Shown here: in pieces, positions 51,403-63,109 of the stretch
Layout: each line of letters starts with the position of its first letter
Position numbering within the stretch: position 1 is the first letter of the stretch
Source: an uncultured Desulfobacteraceae bacterium
GTDB taxonomy: Bacteria > Desulfobacterota > Desulfobacteria > Desulfobacterales > UBA11574
Assembly: GCA_964591175.1 (NCBI GenBank)
Contig: CAZQAF010000011.1
Coordinates: 3,208-67,207, forward strand
Reading direction: 5' to 3'
DNA length: 64,000 nt
The notes under the pieces: model-generated
What the model was told of the DNA's origin: nothing
The model's database searches: none
The model's input: only the letters and a program-made list of their open reading frames with translations
Position numbers and translations under genes: made by a program

Positions 51403-52065
51403 TTAAACAAAACCGGTTTTGGCAAGAAACGCCAGGTCTAAAGCGCCGGCGGATCCTTTTTCTGCCTTATCGGGGTGTTTTCCGGTGACAAAACGTTCAA
51501 CATACTTTCCTATCATATCTGTCTCTATGTTGACAAGATCGCCGACTTTTTTAAAGCTGATGGTCGTCAATTTGGCCGTATGGGGAATAATGCCGACCTC
51601 AAAACGATCGATCCCGCAATTGTTGACGGTCAGACTGATACCGTCCACGGCGACAGATCCTTTTTTAATGATGTAATAGGAAATCGCTTTCGGCACGTTA
51701 AAAGCGATCACCGTCGCATTTCCCTTGCGTTGTTTGAGCGCGACGGTCCCTGTTCCATCGATGTGGCCTGAAACAAGATGGCCGTCGATGCGGTCTGAAA
51801 GACGAAGGGCTCTTTCAAGGTTCACACGATCACCGATTCTGGCTTTTCCAAAGGTTGTCTTGGAAAGCGTTTCCGGCGACACGTCGACCCGAACACGTCT
51901 ATCCTCTATCATCACCACTGTCAAACAGGCACCGCTGACGGAGATGCTGTCCCCGATCCTGGTCCCTTCAAGGGCAAAATCCGCATCAAGGGTCATGTTG
52001 CGTCCCTGCCCTTGCGGCCGTATCTCACGAATCGTCCCGAGCCCTTCTATGATGCCTGTAAACAT
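51403..52065 (-). CDS. ribE: Riboflavin synthase
   Basis: 220 aa. MFTGIIEGLG... and the duplicated GDS(I/V)(S/A)V(S/D)G motif. Confidence 0.93.
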   Translation of the reverse strand: MFTGIIEGLGTIREIRPQGQGRNMTLDADFALEGTRIGDSISVSGACLTVVMIEDRRVRVDVSPETLSKTTFGKARIGDRVNLERALRLSDRIDGHLVSGHIDGTGTVALKQRKGNATVIAFNVPKAISYYIIKKGSVAVDGISLTVNNCGIDRFEVGIIPHTAKLTTISFKKVGDLVNIETDMIGKYVERFVTGKHPDKAEKGSAGALDLAFLAKTGFV

Positions 52066-52068
52066 GAG

Positions 52069-53190
52069 TTATTCGTTTCCGATATATCCTTCGATCATGA
52101 CATCATCGCCGAAACGCTGAACCCGGATATCCTTAACGGCAATGCAATGGTTCATGACCGCCGCACCCGGTCCCTTGCAGATTGGGATGCCGTCATCTCC
52201 TCCCAAAATCTTCGGTGCATAGAAAAAGTATATTTTATCGACAATCCCGGCGGATAAAGCAGATGCAATTACCCGGCCGCCACCCTCGATAAGGAGACTG
52301 GTAACTTCCAATGATCCCAGACGATCCATCAGCCGGTCAAGGTCGATGAGATCGTTCTTTAGCGGCATTTCAATAATTCTAACGCCGCTTTTTTCCAATC
52401 TGCCTTTTTTATCCTCCGAAACCGAAGGACCGATGACGAGTATCGTATCAGAACGGGAATGAAGCCGCAAGAGTTTTGCCTTCTCAGAAATACGAAGGCG
52501 AGTGTCAAGAATAATCCGTATCGGGTCCTTGGGCTTGAAGTTCTTGGCAGGCGATGCGATCCGGGTGGTTAAACTGGGGTCATCTTTTTCAACGGTGTTG
52601 ATGCCGACCATAATGGCATCAACGGCATGGCGGAGTCGGTGAACAAACTGTCTGGACTCTTCTCCGGTAACCCATCTGGAATCACCTGTTTTTGTTGCGA
52701 TGTGCCCGTCCAGGGTCGCGGCACATTTAACCATCGTAAAGGGGCGTTTTGATCCAACGTATTTAATAAACGCTTCGTTCAGTCTTTTTGCCTGCGCTTC
52801 ACAAACCCCTGACGTGACACGGATGCCGCGGCTTTTTAAATATTCCAATCCGCCGCCCTTAACCTCCGGGTTCGGATCTGTCATGGCGGCAACCACTCGC
52901 CGAATGCCGGCGCTGACAAGCTTTTCGGTGCAGGGAGGTGTGCGTCCCGTATGATTACAGGGCTCAAGTGTCACATAAAGGGTTGCGTTTCTCGCTAGAA
53001 TGCCGGCATTATCCAGGGCATTGACCTCAGCGTGTGCTTTCCCTGCAGCCTGATGATATCCTTTCCCGACAACCCTTCCGTCCTTAACGATGACGGCGCC
53101 CACCATCGGGTTGGGCGAGGTAAAGCCTTCCCCCTTTTTGGCAAGATCAAGCGCCATCTTCATAAAACGTTTGTCTTCTGTAATTGTCAA
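52069..53190 (-). CDS. ribD: Bifunctional riboflavin biosynthesis deaminase/reductase
   Basis: 373 aa. HAEVNAL, TLEPCNHTGRTPPC, and a C-terminal reductase domain. Confidence 0.95.
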   Translation of the reverse strand: MTITEDKRFMKMALDLAKKGEGFTSPNPMVGAVIVKDGRVVGKGYHQAAGKAHAEVNALDNAGILARNATLYVTLEPCNHTGRTPPCTEKLVSAGIRRVVAAMTDPNPEVKGGGLEYLKSRGIRVTSGVCEAQAKRLNEAFIKYVGSKRPFTMVKCAATLDGHIATKTGDSRWVTGEESRQFVHRLRHAVDAIMVGINTVEKDDPSLTTRIASPAKNFKPKDPIRIILDTRLRISEKAKLLRLHSRSDTILVIGPSVSEDKKGRLEKSGVRIIEMPLKNDLIDLDRLMDRLGSLEVTSLLIEGGGRVIASALSAGIVDKIYFFYAPKILGGDDGIPICKGPGAAVMNHCIAVKDIRVQRFGDDVMIEGYIGNE

Positions 53191-53246
53191 AATGTTACGA
53201 ATAACCCGAACTCGTATGTATTCGATAGGTTATAAAATTATCGCAA

Positions 53247-53702
53247 TTAATGATTGCTTAAAAGGTTTTTAAGTTCGGAAACGAAATCATTCACATCTTT
53301 GAATTCCCTGTATACCGATGCAAATCTCACGTATGCGACATCATCGATTTCATGGAGTTTTGCCATGACCTTTTCACCGATGGTGTGAGACGGTATCTCC
53401 TTCTCCCCGATCTCTCTGAGATCCCGTTCCAGCTCATCCAGGAAATCTTCGATAACGTTCATGCTGATCTTTCGTTTTTGGCATGCCCTTTGGAGGCCCG
53501 AACGCACTTTTTCACGGGAAAAGACTTCACGGCGACCATCTTTTTTAATGATCATAACAGGAATTTCTTCAATATGTTCATAGGTGGTAAACCGGCGACT
53601 GCAGATAATGCATTCCCTGCGTCTCCGAATGACATTCCCGTCTTTGCTCAATCTGGAATCAATCACCTTGTTGTCAATTTCTCCGCAAAATGGGCATTTC
53701 AT
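53247..53702 (-). CDS. nrdR: Transcriptional repressor NrdR
   Basis: MKCPFCG...VIDSR...RRRREC..C..RFTTYE, plus an ATP-cone. Confidence 0.95.
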   Translation of the reverse strand: MKCPFCGEIDNKVIDSRLSKDGNVIRRRRECIICSRRFTTYEHIEEIPVMIIKKDGRREVFSREKVRSGLQRACQKRKISMNVIEDFLDELERDLREIGEKEIPSHTIGEKVMAKLHEIDDVAYVRFASVYREFKDVNDFVSELKNLLSNH

Positions 53703-53717
53703 GAATTCCCCCTATAT

Positions 53718-54224
53718 CTAGTTAACAATATCCGATGTCGGATTGTTCTTCATCGGCCCGGACAAACCCGGATCGATTTTTACGACATCGACCCCGGCTT
53801 CCGCCAACATTTCTTTGGACATGGTATCGGCATACCCGGACGCGTAGCAAATTTTCGTTATCCCCGCATTGATAATCATTTTGGCGCATATGGAACACGG
53901 GAGGTTGGTGCAAAAAAGTGTTGCGCCTTTTATGGTGACACCGTGATATGCGGCCTGAATGATCGCATTCTGCTCGGCATGTATGCCGCGGCAAAGTTCG
54001 TGATTTTTCCCCGAGGCGATATTCAATTTCTCCCGAAGGCATCCGGTCTCGAGGCAATGTTTGATATTGGCCGGCGCGCCATTATAACCTGTCGACAAAA
54101 TTCTTTTATCTTTGACGATGATGGCACCGACGGCGCGACGAAGACATGTCGCTCTTTTGGCAACAAGAAATGCGATATTCATAAAATAGGCTTCCCACGA
54201 CGGGCGGTCAATCTCCGGTGTCAT
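53718..54224 (-). CDS. dCMP deaminase (ComEB-type)
   Basis: 168 aa. HAEQNAI and [14 protein letters not shown] zinc motifs. Confidence 0.9.
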   Translation of the reverse strand: MTPEIDRPSWEAYFMNIAFLVAKRATCLRRAVGAIIVKDKRILSTGYNGAPANIKHCLETGCLREKLNIASGKNHELCRGIHAEQNAIIQAAYHGVTIKGATLFCTNLPCSICAKMIINAGITKICYASGYADTMSKEMLAEAGVDVVKIDPGLSGPMKNNPTSDIVN

Positions 54225-54225
54225 T

Positions 54226-55503
54226 TTAAGCCTCCTCTTCGTTCAAGCTGCGATACAACGGAAACGCTTCGCAAATCTCGAAAACTTTTTTCTTCGTTGC
54301 CGCAATGATATTTTCATCCAAATGGTTTTGGAGCACCTGGACGATAAGCCTTGCAATGGTCTCCATTTCGGCTACTTTCATGCCTCTGGTGGTCACCGCA
54401 GGGGTTCCGATCCGGATGCCGCTGGTCAACATCGGCCCCCGCGTCTCGAACGGTATGGCATTTTTGTTGACGGTAATCCCGGCGCGGCCCAAGGCATCTT
54501 CGGCATCTTTGCCGGTGATATTCAGATTCCGCAAATCGACAATCATCATGTGATTATCAGTGCCGTTTGAAATGAGCCGGATACCGCTGTCCATCAAATG
54601 ATCGGCAAGCACCCTCGCATTGTTTACGATATCTTTCTGATAGGCCCTGAAAGATTCGCTCAGGGCTTCTTTGAAAGCAATCGCTTTAGCGGCAATGACG
54701 TGCATCAGCGGTCCGCCCTGGATGCCCGGAAATATTTGCTTGTTCAGTTTGACGCTATAGTCGGTCCTTGCCAGAATTAAACCGCCTCGAGGCCCTCGCA
54801 GTGTTTTGTGCGTTGTGGACGTGATGACATCGGAAAACGGTACGGGAGACGGGTGAAGCCCGGCAGCTACCAGGCCGGCAATATGCGCCATGTCGACCAT
54901 CAGGTATGCATTTACCGACGATGCAATGTTTGCAAAGGCTTCAAAATCGATAATACGGGGGTACGCACTGGCGCCGGCAACAATCAGCTTCGGCTGATAC
55001 TCTTTGGCCAATCGTGCCAATTCTTCATAATCGATGGTCCCGGTATCCGCATTTACGCCATAATGAACAAAATGATAAAGCTTGCCCGAAAAACTGGCCG
55101 GACTTCCATGGGTAAGGTGCCCGCCGTGGGACAAATTCATGCCAAGGACCGTATCTCCGGGATCCAGCAAGGCAAAATACACCGCCATGTTGGCCTGGGA
55201 GCCCGAATGCGGCTGAACATTGGCATACGCTGCATGGAATAGTTTTTTTACCCGATGGATCGCCAGCTTTTCCGCAACATCGACATATTCACATCCGCCG
55301 TAGTAACGTTTATCAGGATAACCTTCTGCATACTTATTGGTAAGAACACTTGCCTGAGCAGCCATGACTGCGGGACTGGCAATATTTTCCGATGCGATAA
55401 GCTCCAGTGTGTTTGCCTGGCGGCCGATTTCCATGGAAATTGCACGGGCAATTTCAGGGTCTGCTTTCTCGATAACGCTGATAAAGTCCAATGTGTTTTT
55501 CAT
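54226..55503 (-). CDS. glyA: Serine hydroxymethyltransferase
   Basis: 425 aa. [24 protein letters not shown]. Confidence 0.96.
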   Translation of the reverse strand: MKNTLDFISVIEKADPEIARAISMEIGRQANTLELIASENIASPAVMAAQASVLTNKYAEGYPDKRYYGGCEYVDVAEKLAIHRVKKLFHAAYANVQPHSGSQANMAVYFALLDPGDTVLGMNLSHGGHLTHGSPASFSGKLYHFVHYGVNADTGTIDYEELARLAKEYQPKLIVAGASAYPRIIDFEAFANIASSVNAYLMVDMAHIAGLVAAGLHPSPVPFSDVITSTTHKTLRGPRGGLILARTDYSVKLNKQIFPGIQGGPLMHVIAAKAIAFKEALSESFRAYQKDIVNNARVLADHLMDSGIRLISNGTDNHMMIVDLRNLNITGKDAEDALGRAGITVNKNAIPFETRGPMLTSGIRIGTPAVTTRGMKVAEMETIARLIVQVLQNHLDENIIAATKKKVFEICEAFPLYRSLNEEEA

Positions 55504-55516
55504 TATCGGAACAGTC

Positions 55517-55966
55517 TTAGTCTATTCGATCAAATTTTTCCAATCGCCGTTGATGCCGCCCGCCGTCAAAAGGGGTCTCCAACCAAACTTTCACGATTTC
55601 CATGGCAAGGGATTCTCCGATAACACGCGCTCCCATAACCAGAATATTGGAATCGTTGTGTCGTCTGCTCATCATGGCGGAAAATAGACCGCCACACAGC
55701 GCTGCCCTGACATGAGGGAATTTATTGGCCACCATGGACATGCCGATTCCGGTGCCGCACATGAGTATGCCTTTTTCGAATTTACCCGTTGAAACCATCG
55801 ATGCGACCTTGATCCCGAAATCGGGATAATCCACCGAATCTTCACTATGACAACCGGCATCCTCGACATCGATGGATCTTTTTACCAGATAATCTTTAAT
55901 CTTTTCTTTCAAAGTATACGCGGCATGATCGCTGCCGATAACCATGGATGTTTTTTTCCCGACCAT
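55517..55966 (-). CDS. rpiB: Ribose-5-phosphate isomerase B
   Basis: 149 aa. [23 protein letters not shown]. Confidence 0.92.
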   Translation of the reverse strand: MVGKKTSMVIGSDHAAYTLKEKIKDYLVKRSIDVEDAGCHSEDSVDYPDFGIKVASMVSTGKFEKGILMCGTGIGMSMVANKFPHVRAALCGGLFSAMMSRRHNDSNILVMGARVIGESLAMEIVKVWLETPFDGGRHQRRLEKFDRID

Positions 55967-56068
55967 ACTACCACCTTGTGTGCCCTGCTAACAGCGAATT
56001 TTTTTTTACAAACTCAAAAGAATGCCGGCAAATCGATTTAAAAATCATTTTGCTCGAAACAATCAAAA

Positions 56069-56245
56069 TTATTCGACATCGATGATCGTGCGCCCCTTAT
56101 ATGTACCGCAACTGGGGCATACATGGTGTGGAAGCCTGGCATCACCGCATTGGGGGCAGCTCGTCAGTTTCGGAGCTGAAATTTTTTGATGAGTCCGTCG
56201 CTTATCCCGTTTTGATTTTGACTTCTTACGTTTTGGAACTGCCAT
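56069..56245 (-). CDS. rpmF: 50S ribosomal protein L32 (Cys4 form)
   Basis: [17 protein letters not shown]...CPQCG...CPSCG. Start moved to the MAVPKRK methionine. Confidence 0.9.
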   Translation of the reverse strand: MAVPKRKKSKSKRDKRRTHQKISAPKLTSCPQCGDARLPHHVCPSCGTYKGRTIIDVE

Positions 56246-56365
56246 AATAATCACCTAATTAATTGTTTTTATTTAACTACTTATCTCATATCCACCTTGA
56301 CAAAAGTTGAAGTTTAACTAATTGAAATGATATACATTGTCAAGATCTTTCATATACATTTACAG

Positions 56366-58552
56366 TTAACTATGCGACAATCTGAATGCAAGGCCGGAGA
56401 GCCGCTTTTTAGGTGTATCGTTTTTTAAAGCAATTGTCATGGCTTTTTTTGTGCCGATGAGTATGACCAGGCGCTTCCCCCGCGTAATCCCCGTGTATAA
56501 GAGGTTTCTCTGAAGAAGGATATAATGCTGGGTCATCAGCGGCATTATAACGGCCGGGTATTCCGAACCCTGGGATTTATGAACCGATATGGCATAGGCC
56601 AAAGATACTTCATCCGTTTCCGTAAAATCGTAATTTACCGTCCTTCCGTAATAATCCACCGAAAAATTTTCTCCTTTGGGATCCACTGTCCGGATGGTCC
56701 CGATATCTCCGTTAAATACCTCTTTTTGATAGTTGTTTTTAAGGTGCATTACTTTATCCCCGATCTTAAAAGCACTGCCTGTGGTTTCAAGCACAACCGG
56801 GTTCGGGTTCAATACCTTTTGCAGCACCTGATTGAGATGTGTGGTGCCGACAATACCTTTGTGCATCGGCGTTAAAACTTGAATATCTTGCAATGGATCC
56901 AAAGAAAAATCCCGCGGCATTGTTTTTATGCACAATTCAACGATGGTGGAAACCACCTTGGCCGGATCCGTTTCTTCCAAAAAATAAAATTCTGAAAGCC
57001 TGTCTGATTCGTCCATCGGCCTGAAAACCGGGGCCTCACCATTGCGTATTCTGTGGGCATTCAATATAATCGGGCTCTGATAGGCCTGTCTGAATATTTT
57101 TTTCAGATAAAAAACAGGAATCCGGGCGGATTTTATCAAGTCTTTAAGCACGTTGCCGGGTCCGATGGAGGGAAGCTGAAAAATATCTCCCACCAAGACC
57201 AATACAGCGGTAACGGGCAGGGCGTTCGTCAGATGAAACATCAAGAGGGTATCGACCATTGATGCTTCATCGATAATCACCACATCCCCATCAAGGGGAT
57301 TGTCCCTGTTTTTTAAAAATGCACCGTCCTGGAAATTAATCCCCAACAATCGATGGATGGTTTTTGCATTCCTCCGGGTCACCTCGGACAAGCGTCTGGC
57401 CGCTCGCCCGGTCGGCGCCGCAAGGAGCACCTGTTTCCCCAGCGCCTCGAATATGGCGCTGATGGACCGGATCAACGTTGTTTTGCCGGTTCCGGGACCC
57501 CCGGTGATGATGTTTACCCGATGGGAGAGTATTTTTTCGAGGGCGTCAATTTGCTCTCCGGATAGGGCAATGGCCAATTTTTTTTGCACCTCCCTTGAGA
57601 TACGCTCCGAATCGATGGGAGGCGGTATGACCGGAACAGACAACAGTGCTTTTACGCGGTCGGATATCCCGGTTTCCGCTTCATAAAATTCTTCCAGGTA
57701 AACGGCTCTTTTGTCGGAAAATTCCCCTTGATTTTCAATCACCAGTTTTTTTTCGTCAACCAAGGTTTCGATCGCATGGTTGACGATATCGGCGTCCAAC
57801 CCAAAAAAACGGCTGCAATGCGCAAACAATTGCTCCTCATAGGCAAATACATGTCCTTCATTAATGGACTGCTGCATGACTTGAACCACACAAGCCTTTA
57901 TGCGCTTGGGATCATCCCGCGAAACGCCCAGCTTCAATGCAATTTTGTCAACCAGATAAAAGCCCATTCCCTGGATATCGGAGGCCAGGCGAAAAGGATC
58001 ATTTTTGATAATATCCACCGCATTCGTACCGTAATGTTTGAGCATCTTTGCGCAATAGGATGTTTTAACGCCTGCCTCCTGCAATAAATCCATCAGGTTT
58101 CGCGCCGCGTGATTATACTTCCAGGCACTGCATATCGTTGCGGCTTTAGCGGTTCCGATGCCTTCGACTTCTACGAGTCTATCCGGATATTTCTCTATGA
58201 TCTTAAAAACATCGGTCTTAAAGTGGTTGATCATTCTGTCGGCCGTTGATGGCCCGATGCCTTTGACAATCCCGGATTTGAGATATTTTTTAATGCCGTC
58301 AATGGTTTCTGGCAGCGTTTCTTTGTAGGACTGAATCTTAAACTGTTGTCCATACTTGGGATGGGTTTCCCAAGTCCCCTCAACTTTAAGAAATTGCCCG
58401 GCTTTGACCGCCGTCATTGTACCGACGATCGTAACCAGGCTGTTGGTTTTGCTGGTTTTTAATTTTGCGATGGTATAATGATTTTCGGCATTGAAGAAAG
58501 TGATTCTTTCCAGCTCTCCTTCAAGGGTGGTTGTGGGGTCAGAACTAGTCAT
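56366..58552 (-). CDS. recD2: RecD2-like SF1 ATP-dependent DNA helicase
   Basis: Walker A ITGGPGTGKTT, Walker B VIIDEASMVD, SVHKSQGSE. The start is probably Met-30 of the track ORF (about 58552), which removes most of the overlap with gmhB. Confidence 0.88.
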   Translation of the reverse strand: MTSSDPTTTLEGELERITFFNAENHYTIAKLKTSKTNSLVTIVGTMTAVKAGQFLKVEGTWETHPKYGQQFKIQSYKETLPETIDGIKKYLKSGIVKGIGPSTADRMINHFKTDVFKIIEKYPDRLVEVEGIGTAKAATICSAWKYNHAARNLMDLLQEAGVKTSYCAKMLKHYGTNAVDIIKNDPFRLASDIQGMGFYLVDKIALKLGVSRDDPKRIKACVVQVMQQSINEGHVFAYEEQLFAHCSRFFGLDADIVNHAIETLVDEKKLVIENQGEFSDKRAVYLEEFYEAETGISDRVKALLSVPVIPPPIDSERISREVQKKLAIALSGEQIDALEKILSHRVNIITGGPGTGKTTLIRSISAIFEALGKQVLLAAPTGRAARRLSEVTRRNAKTIHRLLGINFQDGAFLKNRDNPLDGDVVIIDEASMVDTLLMFHLTNALPVTAVLVLVGDIFQLPSIGPGNVLKDLIKSARIPVFYLKKIFRQAYQSPIILNAHRIRNGEAPVFRPMDESDRLSEFYFLEETDPAKVVSTIVELCIKTMPRDFSLDPLQDIQVLTPMHKGIVGTTHLNQVLQKVLNPNPVVLETTGSAFKIGDKVMHLKNNYQKEVFNGDIGTIRTVDPKGENFSVDYYGRTVNYDFTETDEVSLAYAISVHKSQGSEYPAVIMPLMTQHYILLQRNLLYTGITRGKRLVILIGTKKAMTIALKNDTPKKRLSGLAFRLSHS

Positions 58553-59153
58553 GGGATTGCGAGCGGCCAGGAGAAGGTGCCGGCGGATTGCGGGAGATGA
58601 CCCAATGAGCGGCTTCCAAAAGATTTTGAACAATAACATCCGGACGGATCATTTTTTCTTTTAATTGTTTCTCGGCCAGAGCGCCGTTGCCGGTTTTGAC
58701 CAAAATTACGGTGCCGCATCCGGCATTTCGCGCGCACTCGATATCTTTTGCGCTGTCTCCGACCATGATCGATGCTTTAAGATCGATGCGATGCTTTTCT
58801 TCAGCTTTCAGAATCAGGCCGGTATTCGGCTTACGGCAGTCGCATTCATCTTCGGGTATATGGGGGCAAAAAAAAATATCTTTGATGTCACCGCCGCTCG
58901 ACAGAACGGCTTTTTTCATCATGTCATGGATATGATCGAGGGCCTTTAACGATATCATTTTCCGATGAATGACCGACTGGTTTGTGATGACGATCACGGC
59001 AAATCCATTCACCGTCAGCTTTTTTAATGCCTCGAGGCTGCCGGGTAAAAACTCGAATTCGGACCAGCTTTTGATGTAACCCGGAGAATCGCGATTAATC
59101 ACGCCGTCCCGGTCCAAAAAGACAACGATGGGTTTTTTTTTATGTCCGGTCAT
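58545..59153 (-). CDS. gmhB: D,D-heptose 1,7-bisphosphate phosphatase (HAD-IIIA)
   Basis: VFLDRDGVIN, ITNQS, CDCRKP, VGDSAKD motifs. Confidence 0.85.
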   Translation of the reverse strand: MTGHKKKPIVVFLDRDGVINRDSPGYIKSWSEFEFLPGSLEALKKLTVNGFAVIVITNQSVIHRKMISLKALDHIHDMMKKAVLSSGGDIKDIFFCPHIPEDECDCRKPNTGLILKAEEKHRIDLKASIMVGDSAKDIECARNAGCGTVILVKTGNGALAEKQLKEKMIRPDVIVQNLLEAAHWVISRNPPAPSPGRSQSHD

Positions 59154-59168
59154 CAGATCAGCGGATGC

Positions 59169-59948
59169 TCACTGGGTATCTTCCGCCACGGCAAATGCAT
59201 CCTTATACCCCTTTCGGATCATCATGCTTTCAAACCTGTTAGCCTGGGCAAGGTTTGAATACCTGCCGACTTTAACCCTGTAAACGGTATCTCTTCCGTT
59301 GTAATAGGAAGTAATGTAGACACGTTGATATGTTCGGGCAAGCTGATTGCGAAGCTTTTCGGCATTGCGCCGATCCCCGAAAGCACCGATTTGAACCGTA
59401 AAGGTTCCCTGGTACAAATCGGTAACCGGATAAGACGTTGGCTTTCCGGCGCTCCCGTATGTCTCATTGGGTCCGGCCAGCGCAACAATTTCGACATCCG
59501 TTGTGCCGGGTCCGACGATACCGAGTTTTTTGGCCGCCGAATAAGAGAGGTCGATGATCCTGCCTCTGGCAAAGGGCCCGCGATCGTTGATCCTGACAAC
59601 GGTTGTTCTGTTGTTTTTTAAATTCCGCACCCTGACATATGTGTCGAAAGGAAGGGTTTTGTGGGCGGCCGTCATATCGTACATGTTGTAAATTTCACCG
59701 TTGGCCGTTCTTTTTCCGTGAAATTCCCTGCCGTACCACGATGCCCTGCCATACTGGCTGAAGCCTCCGGCATGGGGCAGGGGGGTGTACCAGTTTCTTC
59801 CCATTTTATATGGTTTGGGATAACCCGGCGGAACAGTAGGGGGCGGTGCTACGGTTGAACATCCATAAAGGAAAAATCCTGAAATACTGCAAAAAACAAT
59901 GAATCGATAAACAGCCCGGTAGTGTCTTTTAAAAAAATGAATGATCAT
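59169..59948 (-). CDS. rlpA: RlpA-family septal lytic transglycosylase with a C-terminal SPOR domain
   Basis: ASWYGREFHGKRTANGEIY (DPBB domain), lipobox-like FLYGCS, and a SPOR-like tail FTVQIGAF...YRVKVGRY. Confidence 0.85.
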   Translation of the reverse strand: MIIHFFKRHYRAVYRFIVFCSISGFFLYGCSTVAPPPTVPPGYPKPYKMGRNWYTPLPHAGGFSQYGRASWYGREFHGKRTANGEIYNMYDMTAAHKTLPFDTYVRVRNLKNNRTTVVRINDRGPFARGRIIDLSYSAAKKLGIVGPGTTDVEIVALAGPNETYGSAGKPTSYPVTDLYQGTFTVQIGAFGDRRNAEKLRNQLARTYQRVYITSYYNGRDTVYRVKVGRYSNLAQANRFESMMIRKGYKDAFAVAEDTQ

Positions 59949-62299
59949 TACCTTTTTTCAAATGCGATATTTAAAACATCCTGCATCTTTTCCACAGGTT
60001 TAAACTGTATTTTTTGTTGAATCTCCTTGGGAATATCATACAGGTCTTTTTCATTCAACTTTGGAAGAATGATGGTTTTTATACCTGCGCGGTGTGCGGC
60101 CAACACCTTTTCCTTTATGCCGCCGACCGGCAAGACCTGCCCTCTTAGCGTGATTTCACCAGTCATGGCAAGATCATTTTTAATGGTTTTATTGGTCAGC
60201 AGCGATGCCAGGGCGGTCAGCATGGTAACACCCGCGGATGGCCCGTCCTTTGGAATAGCACCCGCGGGAACGTGTATATGTATGTCGTGTTTCTCAAAAT
60301 AATCATCGGGAATGCCGATGGAAACGGCGTTGGACCGGATGAAACTCAGTGCCGCGGTCGCAGATTCTTTCATAACATCTCCGAGCTGGCCGGTCAAGGT
60401 CAACCCCTTGCTGCCTCTCATGGAAGTGGCTTCCACAAAAAGAAGTTCGCCCCCTGTTTGTGTCCAGGCAAGGCCTGTGGCGACGCCGGGAATCGAAGTT
60501 CTGGCTTTAGCTTCATGCGCTACCCGTTCAGGCCCCAAATACTTGGAGATATTTTCAACTTTAATGGTCACGGATTTAATTTTCTTTTCAGCGATACCTG
60601 CGGCAACACCCCGGCAAATATTAGCAATTTCCCGTTCAAGATTTCTCAACCCGGCCTCTCGGGTATAGCCGGAAATAATATGTTTGATCGCGCCGTTTGT
60701 AAATTTGATCTGGCCCGCGTTGAGTCCGTGGGCGTCACGTTGGCGAGGAATAAGGTAACGATTGACAATCTTCAGCTTTTCTTCAGTTGTGTATCCGAGA
60801 AGCTTCAACACTTCCATCCGGTCCAACAACGCCGGAGGAATGGTATCCAGTATATTGCCGGTGGTGATAAACATAACCTTTGACAGGTCAAAAGGCACAT
60901 CCAGATAATGATCGGAAAAGGAATAGTTTTGTTCCGGATCGAGCACTTCCAACAAAGCAGATGATGGATCTCCACGAAAATCGCTGCCCACTTTATCGAT
61001 CTCATCCAGCATAAACACCGGATTGTTTGATCCCGCTCGTCGAATTCCTTGAATAATCCGGCCGGGAAGCGCCCCGACATAAGTGCGCCGGTGCCCCCGT
61101 ATTTCAGCCTCATCCCTCACGCCGCCCAATGAAATCCGAAAAAAATTTCGGCCCAGGGCATTGGCGATAGAACGTCCGAGGGATGTTTTTCCGGTACCGG
61201 GGGGGCCGACAAAGCACAGAATGGGCCCCTTTGACTCCGGTTTTAACTTGCGTACCGCAAGATATTCCAGAATTCGTTGTTTGGCCTTATCCAGACCGAA
61301 ATGATCCTGGTCCAATATTTTTCTGGCCTTTGCAATGTCCATGTTATCTTTGGTGCTGTCATTCCAGGGAAGTGCGGTCAGCCAATCCAGGTATGTGGAT
61401 GCCACCGTATATTCGGCTGAAGACGGATGCATCCGGGCAAGCCGATTGAGTTCCCGATCAGCTTCCTTTCGCGCCTCCTCGGGAAGATTCTTTTTTTCGA
61501 TCTTTGCCTTGTAATCATCAATTTCTACGGTCGCTTCATCTTTTTCACCCAGCTCTTCTTTAATCGCTTTGAGCTGTTCGCGCAGATAGTATTCCCGCTG
61601 CCTTTTATCCATATCCCCTTTAACCTGGGATTGAATTTTATTACCGAGTTCGAGAATTTCCAATTGATAGTTTAACAGCCGCGTCACTTCCTTCAGCCGC
61701 TTTTTGACATCAATCGTCTCCAGGATTTGCTGCTTTTCCTTAATGGTGGAGTTGATGGTAGAGGAAATCATATCGGCCAGTATACCGGGATCCTGTATCG
61801 ATTTGGCCATCGCCACGATTTCCTGGGGCAGGCCCGGGGAAAGCTCGGCAACCCTCGAGAACTGACCGATCATATTGGACATCAGCGCCTCAACCTCTTT
61901 GTCCTTTATTTCAATTTCCTTGATGTGTTCGACGCGGGCCTTGAGATACGGTTTGACTTGCGTGTATTCTTTAATCTTAAATCTCCCCAGCCCCTGTGCC
62001 AGCAATTGCAGCTTGCTGTCTTCTGTTTTCGCCATTTTAAGGATCAATGCGACGGTCCCTATCTCGTTCAGATGCTCGCGCATATCCACATTTCCCTCCA
62101 TCGACTTCTTTGCAACAACAAGACCAATGAGCCGATTTCCGGACATGGCTTTATCAACCAGTTGAATCGAGTCCGGCTGCATCACAACAAGAGGCAATAC
62201 CATTTTGGGATAAAGGGCGGCGTCGAACAATGGCAGGATGGGAAGAACTTCGGGAATCTTTTCTGCTGTCATTTCAGATGATGGTTGATGTTCAGTCAT
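59948..62299 (-). CDS. lon: ATP-dependent Lon protease
   Basis: 783 aa. [17 protein letters not shown] catalytic serine, LPVGGIKEK. Confidence 0.96.
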   Translation of the reverse strand: MTEHQPSSEMTAEKIPEVLPILPLFDAALYPKMVLPLVVMQPDSIQLVDKAMSGNRLIGLVVAKKSMEGNVDMREHLNEIGTVALILKMAKTEDSKLQLLAQGLGRFKIKEYTQVKPYLKARVEHIKEIEIKDKEVEALMSNMIGQFSRVAELSPGLPQEIVAMAKSIQDPGILADMISSTINSTIKEKQQILETIDVKKRLKEVTRLLNYQLEILELGNKIQSQVKGDMDKRQREYYLREQLKAIKEELGEKDEATVEIDDYKAKIEKKNLPEEARKEADRELNRLARMHPSSAEYTVASTYLDWLTALPWNDSTKDNMDIAKARKILDQDHFGLDKAKQRILEYLAVRKLKPESKGPILCFVGPPGTGKTSLGRSIANALGRNFFRISLGGVRDEAEIRGHRRTYVGALPGRIIQGIRRAGSNNPVFMLDEIDKVGSDFRGDPSSALLEVLDPEQNYSFSDHYLDVPFDLSKVMFITTGNILDTIPPALLDRMEVLKLLGYTTEEKLKIVNRYLIPRQRDAHGLNAGQIKFTNGAIKHIISGYTREAGLRNLEREIANICRGVAAGIAEKKIKSVTIKVENISKYLGPERVAHEAKARTSIPGVATGLAWTQTGGELLFVEATSMRGSKGLTLTGQLGDVMKESATAALSFIRSNAVSIGIPDDYFEKHDIHIHVPAGAIPKDGPSAGVTMLTALASLLTNKTIKNDLAMTGEITLRGQVLPVGGIKEKVLAAHRAGIKTIILPKLNEKDLYDIPKEIQQKIQFKPVEKMQDVLNIAFEKR

Positions 62300-62419
62300 G
62301 GGAATCTCCAGTTAATCTGCATCAAATTCGATCCGGCATCAATGAATCGAAATCGAAAATTACGGTCGGTTTAATAACTTCACATTCGGCGACGGATCAA
62401 ATCAACCCGCCGACAACTA

Positions 62420-62878
62420 TTATTCTATAATTGGAACTTGATATGTTTTGTCCAGTTCGAGCTTTGCGAGTCGAATCTGGAGAAAGCCGTTCGCGTAGGA
62501 CGCTGAAACAACTTCGGGATCTATGGGCGCAGGGAGATACAGGATGCGCTCAAAATTACCGTACTGAATTTCCGCCAGTCGGTAAGTCGCGTTATCAATT
62601 CGAGGGGATTGTGTGCGGTTTCCTTGAATCCTCACCGCTTTACTGCTGATTTCAAGTTCCAAGTCCTCTTTGCTGACTCCGGCGATTTCACCCATGATAA
62701 TAATTTCTTCAGGGGTTTCATAAATATCCATTTGGGGTCTCCAACGCCGTTCAGTAAACGTAATCATCGGGTTTATGGATCTAAAGAGATGTTCGAATGT
62801 TTTTTCGAACTTGGAACCGATTTGATCGAAATCTTTGGTGAATCGTATTTTGATATAATCCATTTTAAAGCTCCTCAT
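62420..62878 (-). CDS. Hsp20/alpha-crystallin small heat-shock protein
   Basis: 152 aa. PQMDIYETPEEIIIMGEIAGV...F.R...LP alpha-crystallin domain pattern. Confidence 0.88.
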   Translation of the reverse strand: MRSFKMDYIKIRFTKDFDQIGSKFEKTFEHLFRSINPMITFTERRWRPQMDIYETPEEIIIMGEIAGVSKEDLELEISSKAVRIQGNRTQSPRIDNATYRLAEIQYGNFERILYLPAPIDPEVVSASYANGFLQIRLAKLELDKTYQVPIIE

Positions 62879-63109
62879 TATTAACGCCGACGGTTTGTTA
62901 TTTTCACCATATAGAGATCGTCTTTATCGTACGGCTGATAAACGTTGCAATTACATCTACTTGCAACCGTCTCAAATAAACAATAAACACATATTTTAAG
63001 TCTTAATTTTTAACATTTCAATTTGTATTTGTAAAGTAAAGTTGTGTCGCACCGGACGATAATATAGAAATTGTGTTTTTGCCCCAAATGCAATATTGAT
63101 TGAGAACCC

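Noticed and set aside
50025-53246. Looked for an FMN riboswitch in the rib gene block.
   Set aside because: The spacers (50025-50105, 51342-51402, 53191-53246) are 56-81 nt, too short for an FMN aptamer, and show no FMN-element core. The block appears to be transcribed from further upstream (nrdR side).
53352-54308. 318-aa ORF on the plus strand.
   Set aside because: It lies entirely antisense to the well-recognised nrdR and dCMP deaminase genes. Its composition is low-complexity shadow-frame with no recognisable motif.
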